Position numbers and translations under genes: made by a program. A stretch of 64,000 nucleotides of DNA from Rhodanobacter sp. (GTDB lineage Bacteria > Pseudomonadota > Gammaproteobacteria > Xanthomonadales > Rhodanobacteraceae): assembly GCA_022730295.1 (NCBI GenBank), contig DZCM01000001.1, positions 1,168 through 65,167 on the forward strand, read 5' to 3'. A model generated the notes under the pieces. That model did not search any database, was not told the DNA's origin, and was given only the letters and a program-made list of their open reading frames with translations. Positions within the stretch are counted from its first letter, which is position 1; the number at the start of each line of letters is the position of its first letter. Below are positions 20,419 to 31,455 of the stretch, in pieces.

Positions 20419-22961
20419 CAAGCTCCTCCTTGCCGGGACACGGGTTCCATCGCGGCTGCGGGCGGCCGGAAATAGTTGCCTTGCAACAGATCCACCTCGG
20501 CCTCGCGCAAGCGTTCGGCGCGCGCCACCGTCTCGATGCGCGGGGCGATCACGCGCAAAGCATATTTGTGCGCCACCTGCACCACGTCGGCCAGCTCCGC
20601 GTCCGGCAAGTCAGGTTGCAACTTGACGAAATCGAACGGCAGCAGCTCCAGCCAACCGGCCGCCACGGCGCCGCGATCGACCCCCGCCAGCGAGATGCGC
20701 AGCCCGATCCGCTTCAGCGCCGGCACCAATTCCACCAGCGCGCGCGGATTCGCGCGGGCGGCCTCGCAACGAAATTCCAGCACCAGTGCATCCGGCGGGA
20801 TACCCGCCGCAGCCAGCTTCGCCGACAAAGCCGCGCGCCGCGCCACGTCATCCCAGCCCTGCAACGACTGGCTGGCAATCAGCGCGACCTGATCGCCGGT
20901 CTGGCGGTGCCGGGCGAGAATGCTGATGCAACGGCCCACGACCCAAACGTCCACCGCCGCGATGTTGCCCGCACGCGTGGCCGCGGGCACCAGCTCCGCC
21001 GCCAGGTATTCGCGTTCGTTGCTGCGCAGCCGCAGCAGGGCCTGATACAGGCGTTGCGCCGCGCCGCGAATCGGGATCACCGGCTGGAACGCAAGATCGA
21101 ACGATCCGGTCGCCAGCGCTGCCGCGATGCGCTCGTCCAGCGCACCCGGCGCTTCGTCGGAACCTGACTGCACCACGATCTTGCCCGGCTGATTGCGCGC
21201 ACTCGCAAGGGCACGCTCCACGGCCGCCAGCGCAATCGCTGATTCGCTGGTCGCGGCATCAAACGCGCAGACCGCGCAGTCGAGCTGCAACACCGTGGCC
21301 TGGGTGCCAAAACGCTGGTCCTCGACGGTGCGGGCAAGTTCGGTGGCCAGCGCCACCAATCCCTCCCGTTCAAGCATCGGCGCGAACACCAGAAAACCAA
21401 CCTGCCCGTAGCGTGCAGTCATGCTGCCGCCGGGCGCTCGCGCGACGATGAATTCACCGGCCTGGGTCAGCAACTGGTCGAACTGGGTCAAGTCGCCGAG
21501 CGCACGCAGATGGCCGGAAGCGCGCAGTTCCACCGCGACCAAGCCGCCGCGCGCGGCGAAACCGCCGCTGGCTGCGAGGTGTTCGGACAGTGCGTCCAGA
21601 AGTTGCGCGCGCTCATGCAAGCCGGTGGCCGCGTCGCGGCGCCGGCGGCGGCGGGTGCGGGTGGCCGCGGAACGCGCACGTCGTACCCGATTGGTCACCG
21701 CCGAAATCAGGTGTGCCGGGCGGATCGGCTTGATCAGGAAATCGTCACCGCCGGCATCGAGCGCAGCGAACTGGCGATCTTCGTCCAGTTCTCCGGACAG
21801 GAATACGATCGGCGTATTGACGTAACCCTCGCGCTCGCGGATCAGCGCTGTGAGCTCGAAACCGTCGCAGTCGGGCATGTTGAGGTCCAGCAGCAACAGG
21901 TCGGGCTGAAAGCGGTCCAACTCTTCGAGCACCGGCAAGGATTCACTGAGCACCCGCGTTTCCATGCCGGCGCGCTTCAGGATGGCCTGCGCGAACAACG
22001 ACTGCGCAGCGTCATCGTCGACGATCAGCACGCGGTACGGGCTGTCTTGCTCCACCTCCGCCAGCTCACGCGCGGCGTTCAGCACTTCGTCCGAGGTCGC
22101 GGGCAAGGCAATGCACCGGTCGGCGCCGAGGCGCAGGGCGCGCAGGCGCAGTTCCACGTCCGGCCCGCGCAACAGCGCCAGCAGTTTCAGTTGGCTGCGG
22201 GGCTCCGCGCGCGCCGCGCGCAAGGCAATGGCAAGTACGTCGAAACGCGTATCCACATCGGCGACCAGCACCGCCAGCTCGGGCGGATCGCGCTGGATCA
22301 GTTCCAGCATGCCGTCAAGATTGTCGACCAGCGCGACATCGCAGCCTTGCTGGTCCAGGCGCAGCAGCAGTTCGTTGACCAGCGGATCATCATCGTTGAC
22401 GATGCGCACGCGTGGGCCACGCGCCGCGGCCGCCTGCGGCTGCGCGGCAGCCGCCTCGTTGGCGGCTTCCGGTGCCGGCGCCACGGCCTCCGGGTCGGGG
22501 CCGGAATCGACGACGCCAAGGACCGCCGCGTAGCCGGCCGGGGGCATCTCGCAAAGCGGAAACGGCCCGCGTGCGGCGAGCGCCGCGCCATCATCGTGCA
22601 GCCACGCCGATGGCGTGGAGACCGGCGCGAGGTGTTGCAGGTGCGGCCGGAGGGTATCCAGAAGTGCGTCGATTTCAGCCGTCACCGCAGGATCGGGCAG
22701 CTGCCCGGATTGCACGGTGGGGGCCAACGCGGTTTCCAGCGCCAGCAGCCGCTCACCGGTTTCCAGCATGCCATAACGCCCGCAGGTGCCGGCCAGCAAA
22801 GCCACCTCGTCATGCAGCGAGCGCATCACGTTGCAGTCCCAGCCGGTGCGACATTGCGCGCGTGCGCGCCGCAGCAGCGTTTTCAGCCGCCGTGGCAGGT
22901 GCTGACGGAACGCCGTCTGCAGCTCGGCATCCGGGTTCGGCTGGGACATCTGCGACGCCAT
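20418..22961 (-). CDS. Multi-domain response regulator (Hpt-like-REC-REC-degenerate GGDEF-degenerate EAL)
   Basis: Intact second REC (IVDDD, LLDLNMP, IKP); RYGQVGF instead of GGDEF; YQALLRL instead of EAL. Confidence 0.85.
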   Translation of the reverse strand: MASQMSQPNPDAELQTAFRQHLPRRLKTLLRRARAQCRTGWDCNVMRSLHDEVALLAGTCGRYGMLETGERLLALETALAPTVQSGQLPDPAVTAEIDALLDTLRPHLQHLAPVSTPSAWLHDDGAALAARGPFPLCEMPPAGYAAVLGVVDSGPDPEAVAPAPEAANEAAAAQPQAAAARGPRVRIVNDDDPLVNELLLRLDQQGCDVALVDNLDGMLELIQRDPPELAVLVADVDTRFDVLAIALRAARAEPRSQLKLLALLRGPDVELRLRALRLGADRCIALPATSDEVLNAARELAEVEQDSPYRVLIVDDDAAQSLFAQAILKRAGMETRVLSESLPVLEELDRFQPDLLLLDLNMPDCDGFELTALIREREGYVNTPIVFLSGELDEDRQFAALDAGGDDFLIKPIRPAHLISAVTNRVRRARSAATRTRRRRRRDAATGLHERAQLLDALSEHLAASGGFAARGGLVAVELRASGHLRALGDLTQFDQLLTQAGEFIVARAPGGSMTARYGQVGFLVFAPMLEREGLVALATELARTVEDQRFGTQATVLQLDCAVCAFDAATSESAIALAAVERALASARNQPGKIVVQSGSDEAPGALDERIAAALATGSFDLAFQPVIPIRGAAQRLYQALLRLRSNEREYLAAELVPAATRAGNIAAVDVWVVGRCISILARHRQTGDQVALIASQSLQGWDDVARRAALSAKLAAAGIPPDALVLEFRCEAARANPRALVELVPALKRIGLRISLAGVDRGAVAAGWLELLPFDFVKLQPDLPDAELADVVQVAHKYALRVIAPRIETVARAERLREAEVDLLQGNYFRPPAAAMEPVSRQGGA

Positions 22962-23039
22962 GTAGTGACTCCCTGCGTCGGCGCACTATACCAAGCCGGC
23001 TAGCCGTGCGGGGGGAAGGCTCCTTACGGCGCCACCAGG

Positions 23040-23462
23040 TCAAAACGGCTTGACCACGGCCAGGATCACGCTGGCCAACAACAGCACGCTCGGGATTTCG
23101 TTGAACCAGCGCAACGCGTGCGGCGTCCAGCCGCAGCGGTCTTGCCGAAAGTCAGCCACCAGCTTCACCAGCACGCCGTGGTAGATCACCAGCAGCAGCA
23201 CCAGCACCAATTTGACGTGCAACCAGCCCGCGCGCAGGTAGAACGGTTCGGCGGCGAGGGTGGCGATGCCGAACGCAATGGCGAACGCACCGCCGATGTG
23301 GGTCATCACCAGCAAGCGGCGTTCCATGATCTTGAAGCGATCGCGCAACGGCGCCTCGCTGGCCTCGGCGTGGTACACGAACAGGCGTGGCAGGTAGAAC
23401 AATCCCGCGAACCACATGACTACACCAATGATGTGGAAGGCCTTCAACCACAGTGTCAGCAT
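23040..23462 (-). CDS. hemJ: Protoporphyrinogen oxidase HemJ (CopD-like family)
   Basis: WLKAFHII..WFAGLFYLPRLFVYH, WLHVKL, FNEIP, VVKPF. Confidence 0.85.
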   Translation of the reverse strand: MLTLWLKAFHIIGVVMWFAGLFYLPRLFVYHAEASEAPLRDRFKIMERRLLVMTHIGGAFAIAFGIATLAAEPFYLRAGWLHVKLVLVLLLVIYHGVLVKLVADFRQDRCGWTPHALRWFNEIPSVLLLASVILAVVKPF

Positions 23463-23596
23463 CTTGCAACTCCAGCGAGCAACGGATCGACCACGCCGCC
23501 ACCGGCATGGGCCACTCGGCCGCCCAGCGCCGGCCGCCCCCCAATGTCCGCGTCGTCTTGCATGAACCACTAGTATGCATGGCTCGGAGGTGGCGC

Positions 23597-23935
23597 ATGC
23601 AGGTCATCGATTGGGACGACTTTGCCAAGGTCGAACTGCGGGTCGGCCGCGTTGTCGACGCGCAGGTATTTGCCGCGGCGCGCAAGCCAGCCTATGTGTT
23701 GCAGGTCGATTTCGGCGCCGGGATCGGCGTGCTCAAATCCAGCGCGCAGATCACCGGGCTGTATCAACCTGAAGAGTTGCTGGGCAAGCTGGTGGTCGGT
23801 GTGGTCAACTTCCCAAAGAAGCAGATCGGGCCGTTGATGTCGGAATGCCTTGTCACCGGCTTCCACGACGCCGACGGCAACGTTGCCCTGTGCGTCCCGG
23901 ACCGCGCGGTGCCGCCAGGCACGAAACTGATGTAA
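23597..23935 (+). CDS. csaA: tRNA-binding OB-fold protein / chaperone CsaA
   Basis: DFAKVELRVG, KSSAQIT, VNFPKKQIG; GGAGG RBS. Confidence 0.88.
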   Translation: MQVIDWDDFAKVELRVGRVVDAQVFAAARKPAYVLQVDFGAGIGVLKSSAQITGLYQPEELLGKLVVGVVNFPKKQIGPLMSECLVTGFHDADGNVALCVPDRAVPPGTKLM

Positions 23936-23939
23936 GGTT

Positions 23940-24042
23940 CGCACTGTTATTGGTCATATTTGCACTATTATTGTGCATGTGATTTTCGTGATACGCCTAA
24001 ATCATTGATCCGCCGATGCCTGAGTTTGGCACGCCCCGTGCA
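23940..24042 (+). promoter_or_regulatory. NtrC-activated sigma54 promoter of glnA with IHF site
   Basis: NtrC box TGCAC-tattatt-GTGCA (23961-23977) plus a weaker box at 23940; IHF-like gATCAAtgatTTA on minus strand (23998-24010); TGGCACG-cccc-GTGC -24/-12 element (24027-24041). Confidence 0.88.
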
Positions 24043-24081
24043 ATTCATTGGCCACCCTTTTCCCGTTCCGGAACTCGCCTC

Positions 24082-25491
24082 ATGACCCCCGAAAGCATCC
24101 TCGCAACCCTCAAGACCGACAGCGTCGAATTCGTGGACTTGCGCTTTACCGACATGCGCGGCGTGCAGCACCACGTCACCTTTCCAGCACACGCGATCGA
24201 TGCCGACACCTTCGAAGACGGCAAGATGTTCGACGGCTCCTCGATCTCGGGCTGGAAGGGCATCAACGAATCGGACATGGTGTTGATGCCCGATCCCGCC
24301 ACCGCGTTCATCGATCCGTTTGCCGCGCACAAGCAGATGGATATCGTTTGTGACGTGCTGGAACCCTCAACCATGCAGGCCTACGGCCGTGATCCGCGTT
24401 CGATCGCACGGCGTGCCGAAGCGTTCCTGAAATCCTCGGGTGTGGCCGACACCGCGTTTTTCGGACCGGAGCCCGAGTTCTTCATCTTCGACTCGGTGCG
24501 CTGGCAAAACGACATGGGCCGGGTGTTCTACGAAATCGGTTCGGAAGAAGCAGCTTGGGCGTCGCGCTACAAGTACGAGGAAGGCAACCACGGCCATCGC
24601 CCGGGCGTGAAAGGCGGCTACTTCCCGGTGCCGCCGGTCGATTCACTGCACGACCTGCGCGGCGAAATGTGCCAGGTGCTCGAATCGCTCGGCCAGGTGG
24701 TCGAGTTGCACCACCATGAAGTCGCCAACGCCGGTCAATGCGAAATCGGGGTGAGGTTCAACACCCTGCTTTCCAAGGCCGATGACCTGCAGACCATGAA
24801 GTACGTGATCCGCAACGTTGCCCACGCCAACGCCAAGACGGTCACCTTCATGCCCAAACCCATGGTGGGCGACAACGGCTCGGGCATGCATTGCCACCAG
24901 TCGCTTGCGAAAGACGGCAAGAACCTGTTTGCCGGCGAGCTCTACGGCGGACTGTCGCAACTCGCGCTGCATTACATCGGCGGCATCTTCAAGCACGCGC
25001 GTGCGATCAACGCGTTCGCCAACTCCACCACCAACTCCTACAAGCGTTTGGTGCCGGGCTTCGAAGCGCCGGTGATGCTGGCTTATTCCGCGCGCAACCG
25101 TTCGGCCTCGTGCCGCATTCCGTATGTGTCGAACCCGAAGGGCCGCCGCATCGAGGTGCGCTTCCCCGATCCGATGAACTCGGGTTACCTCACCTTCACC
25201 GCCCTGATGATGGCCGGGCTCGACGGCATCTTGAACAAGATCGACCCGGGCGCACCGATGGACAAGGATCTCTACGACCTGCCGCCGGAAGAAGAACGCA
25301 ACATCCCGCAGGTGTGCGCCTCGCTCGACGGTGCGCTGGAAGCGCTGGACAAGGATCGCGGTTTCCTTACAGCCGGTGGCGTGATGAGCGACGACTTCAT
25401 CGACGCCTACATCGCGCTGAAGATGAAAGAAGTCACCGCCTATCGCGCCTCCACGCATCCGCTGGAGTACCAGATGTATTACAGCATCTGA
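24082..25491 (+). CDS. glnA: Type I glutamine synthetase
   Basis: [27 protein letters not shown], adenylylation site DLYDLP. Confidence 0.98.
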   Translation: MTPESILATLKTDSVEFVDLRFTDMRGVQHHVTFPAHAIDADTFEDGKMFDGSSISGWKGINESDMVLMPDPATAFIDPFAAHKQMDIVCDVLEPSTMQAYGRDPRSIARRAEAFLKSSGVADTAFFGPEPEFFIFDSVRWQNDMGRVFYEIGSEEAAWASRYKYEEGNHGHRPGVKGGYFPVPPVDSLHDLRGEMCQVLESLGQVVELHHHEVANAGQCEIGVRFNTLLSKADDLQTMKYVIRNVAHANAKTVTFMPKPMVGDNGSGMHCHQSLAKDGKNLFAGELYGGLSQLALHYIGGIFKHARAINAFANSTTNSYKRLVPGFEAPVMLAYSARNRSASCRIPYVSNPKGRRIEVRFPDPMNSGYLTFTALMMAGLDGILNKIDPGAPMDKDLYDLPPEEERNIPQVCASLDGALEALDKDRGFLTAGGVMSDDFIDAYIALKMKEVTAYRASTHPLEYQMYYSI

Positions 25492-25533
25492 GCACGTAGA
25501 GTCCTCCGGAGTCCGGACGACCCCAAAAGCCTC

Positions 25534-25562
25534 GTTGAGGCCTTGATTCTCAAGGCCTCAAC
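25534..25562. terminator. Perfect 13-bp hairpin downstream of glnA
   Basis: gttgaggccttga-ttc-tcaaggcctcaac; no U-tract, so a terminator role is uncertain. Confidence 0.45.
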
Positions 25563-25735
25563 CACACTGGCTCTCCGCGACTCGACATCACGTTACCTCG
25601 ACTCTCGCCCCGGCGTTTCGCGCCACGCAGTTTAGGTCGGAACTGATTGCACCGCGGTCGTCGCGTGAGCGGCTCAGCGCGTGCACTCCAAAGTTTGCGC
25701 TCTCGTCTTGATTAGCTATCCTGGCACCGATCAGT

Positions 25736-27760
25736 TTGTCGGGGCACGCGGTGGTAGGTACAACTGAACCACACATCCGACGCTGGATGTACGCAGCGTC
25801 GTTCAACGAATTTTGCGTGTCCAACCCGGATGCGATTGCGGGGGAGCTCGCGCGCTGTTCGCGCGGCACGGTCGACCCCACCCAGCTTGCAGCTTGGCTG
25901 CAGCAAACCCGTCTGTTGCAGGCGCTGACGCTGCCTTCGGAGCTTGCTGCAGATGCTCGCATTTACTTCGAATACGAAATTCCGCGCCTTGGCCGTCGTG
26001 CCGACGTGATCCTGCTCGTCGGTCACGTGTTGTGCGTATTGGAGTTCAAGGTCGGCGCGCGTGCCTTTGCCGACGATGCGCTCGATCAGGTGTGGGATTA
26101 CGCCCTCGACCTCAAGCACTTCCACGAGGCAAGCCACGCTGTGGCTATTGTCCCCGTCATGGTCGCAACCGCTGCGCCTGTGCAATCCATCGACCTGCAG
26201 CAGACGATCCACGATGACAAGTTGGCGCGTCCGGTGCGGTGCAATGGCATGCAAATATGCGAAGCAGTGATGCAGGCGCTCGCGTTTTTCAATGCGCCTC
26301 CCATTGATGCCGATGTGTGGGAGCGCGGTCGCTACCTGCCGACACCGACGATCGTGGAAGCCGCGCGTGCATTGTATGCAGGACACCACGTTAGCGAGAT
26401 CTCGCGTAACGATGCCGGAGCGCGCAACCTCGCCGTCACCTCGCAAACCGTTGAGCGCATCATCGCAAATGCGAGGACGCGGCAACGCAAGGCTATCTGC
26501 TTCGTTACGGGCGTGCCAGGTGCGGGCAAAACCTTGGTCGGGCTGGACGTGGCCAACAGGCACCTCGATAGCGACAGCCAGACCTACAGCGTATTCCTTT
26601 CGGGCAACGGGCCGCTGGTCGCCGTGATGCGGGAGGCCCTGACCCGCGACAAGGTTGCGCAAGAGCGGCAGGCCGGTCGCAAGCTCACCAAGGGCGAAGC
26701 CCGCCAGGGCGTCGAAGCTTTCATCCAGAATGTGCACCATTTCCGCGACGATTGCCTGGCCGATCCCGCCGCGCCACCCGAACACGTCGTCCTGTTCGAC
26801 GAGGCACAGCGTGCGTGGGACCGTGCGCAAACCAATGACTTCATGCGCCGTAAGCGGCATCTCGCAGGCTTTGACCAGACCGAACCCGAGTTCTTGATCG
26901 CCTGCCTCGATCGCCACCCTGATTGGGCTGTCGTGGTGTGCCTCGTGGGAGGCGGTCAGGAAATCAACCGTGGCGAAGCGGGCATCGGTGCGTGGCTGGA
27001 CGCGGTGCTGCGCCGATTTGACACCTGGGATGTCTATGTGTCGTCGCGACTCGATGAATCCGAATACCACTGCGAAGCCTTGCTCGCCCAGGTACAACAA
27101 CGCGCGCATACGCACACGGATACGGAGCTGCATCTTGGAACTTCGATGCGCTCTTTTCGCGCGGAATCACTGAGTCGGTTCGTGCGTGAATTGCTCGATC
27201 TTGAAGTCGATGCAGCGCGCGCGACCCTGAACGGGCTCGAGGGACGCTATCCGATCAGGCTGACGCGGCGACTTGATCGTGCCAAGCAGTGGTTGCGCGA
27301 ACATGCGCGTGGCAGCGAGCGCTACGGCATGGTCGTGTCTGCGCATGCTGAACGCCTGAAGCCATTGGCGATCGACGTGCGCGTGGCCAGCAATCCCGTG
27401 AAATGGTTTCTGGATGGCAAGAATGACGTGCGCTCGTCTTACTACCTTGAGGAAGTTGCCACCGAATTCGACGTGCAGGGCCTGGAACTGGATTGGTCCT
27501 GCGTCGTGTGGGATGGCGACCTGCGCTACGCCGATGGCGAATGGTCGCACCACGAATTTCGCGGCACGCGCTGGAACAGCGTCCGGCAAGAATGGCGCAA
27601 GCGCTATCTTGAGAACGCCTATCGCGTGCTGATGACACGTGCGCGTCAGGGCATGGTGCTCGTGGTTCCCGAAGGCGACTCGCAGGATCCGACGCGCTGC
27701 TCCGAATTCTACGACCCGACCTATGCCTACTTGCGCGACCTGGGGTTGCGTGACCTGTAG
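25736..27760 (+). CDS. DUF2075 (Schlafen-associated SF1-like helicase) protein with N-terminal PD-(D/E)xK-like domain
   Basis: FEYEIPRLGRRADVILL...LEFK; Walker A GVPGAGKT; VLFDEAQR; QGLELD; NAYRVLMTRAR; start uncertain (25736/25751/25787). Confidence 0.82.
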   Translation: MSGHAVVGTTEPHIRRWMYAASFNEFCVSNPDAIAGELARCSRGTVDPTQLAAWLQQTRLLQALTLPSELAADARIYFEYEIPRLGRRADVILLVGHVLCVLEFKVGARAFADDALDQVWDYALDLKHFHEASHAVAIVPVMVATAAPVQSIDLQQTIHDDKLARPVRCNGMQICEAVMQALAFFNAPPIDADVWERGRYLPTPTIVEAARALYAGHHVSEISRNDAGARNLAVTSQTVERIIANARTRQRKAICFVTGVPGAGKTLVGLDVANRHLDSDSQTYSVFLSGNGPLVAVMREALTRDKVAQERQAGRKLTKGEARQGVEAFIQNVHHFRDDCLADPAAPPEHVVLFDEAQRAWDRAQTNDFMRRKRHLAGFDQTEPEFLIACLDRHPDWAVVVCLVGGGQEINRGEAGIGAWLDAVLRRFDTWDVYVSSRLDESEYHCEALLAQVQQRAHTHTDTELHLGTSMRSFRAESLSRFVRELLDLEVDAARATLNGLEGRYPIRLTRRLDRAKQWLREHARGSERYGMVVSAHAERLKPLAIDVRVASNPVKWFLDGKNDVRSSYYLEEVATEFDVQGLELDWSCVVWDGDLRYADGEWSHHEFRGTRWNSVRQEWRKRYLENAYRVLMTRARQGMVLVVPEGDSQDPTRCSEFYDPTYAYLRDLGLRDL

Positions 27761-27776
27761 CGCGTAGACTGGCCTA

Positions 27777-28439
27777 ATGCGTACCGCAACCCTCCCGCTG
27801 TTCGAGGTGGCGCCTGTCGCTACTGGCGCTCGCGAAGATCTCGCGCCGGGCGCATGCGTGCTGCGCGGGTTTGCGCTGGACATCGCGACAACACTGCTTG
27901 CGGAAGTCGAACGGATTGCGGCGCGGTCGCCGTTTCGACACTTGGTGACTCCGGGCGGCAAGTCGATGTCGGTGGCGATGACCAATTGCGGCGCGGTGGG
28001 CTGGTTCAGCGATCGAAGCGGATACCGTTACACGCAACGCGATCGCGAATCCGGCGCGTCGTGGCCGAGCATGCCGGTTGTGTTCGCTGAAATCGCACGC
28101 GCCGCAGCCAGTACAGCAGGCTTCGAAGACTACGCACCGGATGTATGCCTGATCAACCGTTACGAAATCGGCACGCGTTTGACCCTGCATTGCGACCACG
28201 ACGAGCGTGACCGCCGTGCACCGATCGTGTCGGTGTCGCTGGGCTTGCCGGCCACGTTCCTGTGGGGTGGCCTGGCACGCAAGGAGCCGCAACGGCGCGT
28301 GCCGCTGACCCACGGCGACGTGGTGGTGTGGGGCGGACCGGCGCGGATGCGCTATCACGGCGTTTTGCCGGTCAAGGCCGGCGAACACCCGCTGGCCGGC
28401 GCGCGGCGCTTCAACCTGACGTTCCGCGTGGCGCGTTGA
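27777..28439 (+). CDS. alkB: Fe(II)/2-oxoglutarate DNA demethylase AlkB
   Basis: TPGGKSMSVAMTNCG, LHCD (HxD), YHGV, RFNLTFR. Confidence 0.95.
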   Translation: MRTATLPLFEVAPVATGAREDLAPGACVLRGFALDIATTLLAEVERIAARSPFRHLVTPGGKSMSVAMTNCGAVGWFSDRSGYRYTQRDRESGASWPSMPVVFAEIARAAASTAGFEDYAPDVCLINRYEIGTRLTLHCDHDERDRRAPIVSVSLGLPATFLWGGLARKEPQRRVPLTHGDVVVWGGPARMRYHGVLPVKAGEHPLAGARRFNLTFRVAR

Positions 28440-28441
28440 AC

Positions 28442-28476
28442 TTGCTGCTTTTGGTGCAACGCACTAGATTGGTGCA
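28442..28476 (+). promoter_or_regulatory. ntrB sigma70 promoter overlapped by NtrC boxes
   Basis: TTGCTG-17bp-TAGATT; CGCAC-tagattg-GTGCA (28460-28476) plus a half-site TGGTGCA (28452-28458). Confidence 0.75.
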
Positions 28477-29492
28477 ATGATCAGCGCCGCGCCGGATCCC
28501 GGTCCGTTTGAGCTGCTCGCCACTGGCGTGGCGTGGCTGGACGCGTCGTTGACGATCGCCTGGGTCAATCCGGCCTTCCTGGAGCACACGGGACTTGGCT
28601 GGTCGCGCTTGAAGGCGCGCACGCTTGCGGCGTTGCAACCCGGTGGCGCGCACCTGCACGAGCGGGCGCGCACGGCTCAGCGTGACACCGTTGCCTCCAC
28701 GCTCACAGGCGCAACTGTGTGCGCAGCACCAGCTCGCGAAGTGCAGCTGGATTTTGCGTTTACGCCATGCGCCGGCGGCGTGCTCATCGAGGTCCATTCA
28801 GCATCAACCCAATCCGGTGCACCGAAGATTTCCGAATCGCTGCGCGGTTTCGCGCATGAAGTGCGCAACCCACTGGCGGCGATTTCAGGCGCCGCGCAGT
28901 TGCTGCAGCAGGACGCCGGCGGCGCGCGGCAGTTCGGGCTGGCGCAGTTGATCCGCGACGAAGCCACGCGGCTGGCGGCATTGACCGAACGCCTGCTCGG
29001 CGCGCGCGAGGCGATGACGACGCGCACGCTGAACGTGCATGCCTTGTTGGAGCGCGCCGCGGAAATGCTGGAAGCCGCACGCATGCCGGTCACGCTCATC
29101 CGCGATTACGACCCCAGCCTGCCGGCCTGGCACGGCGATCCCGACCGGCTGCTGCAAGCGGTGATCAACCTCACCCGCAACGCGATCGAAGCCCACGCGC
29201 AGCGGATCGTGTTGCGCAGCCGCGCCGAGGCCGGCTGGCGTGACGCGCGTGGCCAGCGGGTGCCCGCGCTGCGCATCGAAATCGAGGATGACGGCGATGG
29301 CGTGCCCGCTGCCATCGCGCAAAATCTGTTCGCACCGATGGTGTCCGGACGCGCCGACGGCAGCGGCCTCGGCCTCGCGCTGGCGCGCGCAATCGCGCGC
29401 GAGCACGGCGGCGAGTTGACCTGGTCGCCGCGTGCAACCGGCACCTGTTTCGTATTGCTGTTGCCGCGTCATCCCCGCAGCGGAGAATCCGA

Positions 29493-29496
<4 letters not shown>
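28477..29496 (+). CDS. ntrB: Nitrogen regulation kinase NtrB
   Basis: AHEVRNPL, RDYDPSLP, GSGLGL; ATGA overlap with ntrC. Confidence 0.92.
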
Positions 29497-30889
<1,393 letters not shown>

Positions 30890-30893
<4 letters not shown>

Positions 30894-31357
30894 ATACCGC
30901 GATCCAGATACGCACAGCCACCCCTGCCGACGTACCGTTCCTTGTTGCCTGCAATGCCGCCATGGCACTGGAGACCGAACACAAAGCGCTCGACCACGAG
31001 GTGTTGACGCGCGGCACGCAGGCGCTATTCGACGATCCGCGGCGCGGGTTTTATCTCGTCGCCGAAGATGCCGGCGAGCTGGCCGGCTGCTTGCTGATTA
31101 CCTACGAATGGAGCGATTGGCGCAACGGCAATTGGTGGTGGTTCCAGAGTGTCTATGTGACGCCAACGCAACGCCGGCATGGCGTGTTTCGCGCCTTGTA
31201 CGCCGGCGTCGAACGGCGGGCGCGGGAAGCTGGCGCGATCGGACTACGCTTGTACGTCGAACGCGACAATGCTCATGCGCAGCAGACCTATCGCGCGCTC
31301 GGAATGGAAGAGGAGCATTACAAGATGTTGCGGCGGCCGTTCCGATCCCTCGCATAA
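30890..31357 (+). CDS. GNAT acetyltransferase
   Basis: EWSDWRNG, RRHGVF, YRALGM. Confidence 0.88.
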
Positions 31358-31455
31358 GAGCGTCGGGAGGCGCGACACGCGATTGCGAGAACCTGACACA
31401 ACGGCCGCGGCTTCGCCGCTCCTACAATGAAACTTCAGCACAAAGGAGCCGCATC

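Noticed and set aside
25492..28441. Integrative element or prophage att sites around DUF2075-alkB
   Set aside because: No integrase, no tRNA, and I found no duplication of the glnA 3' end
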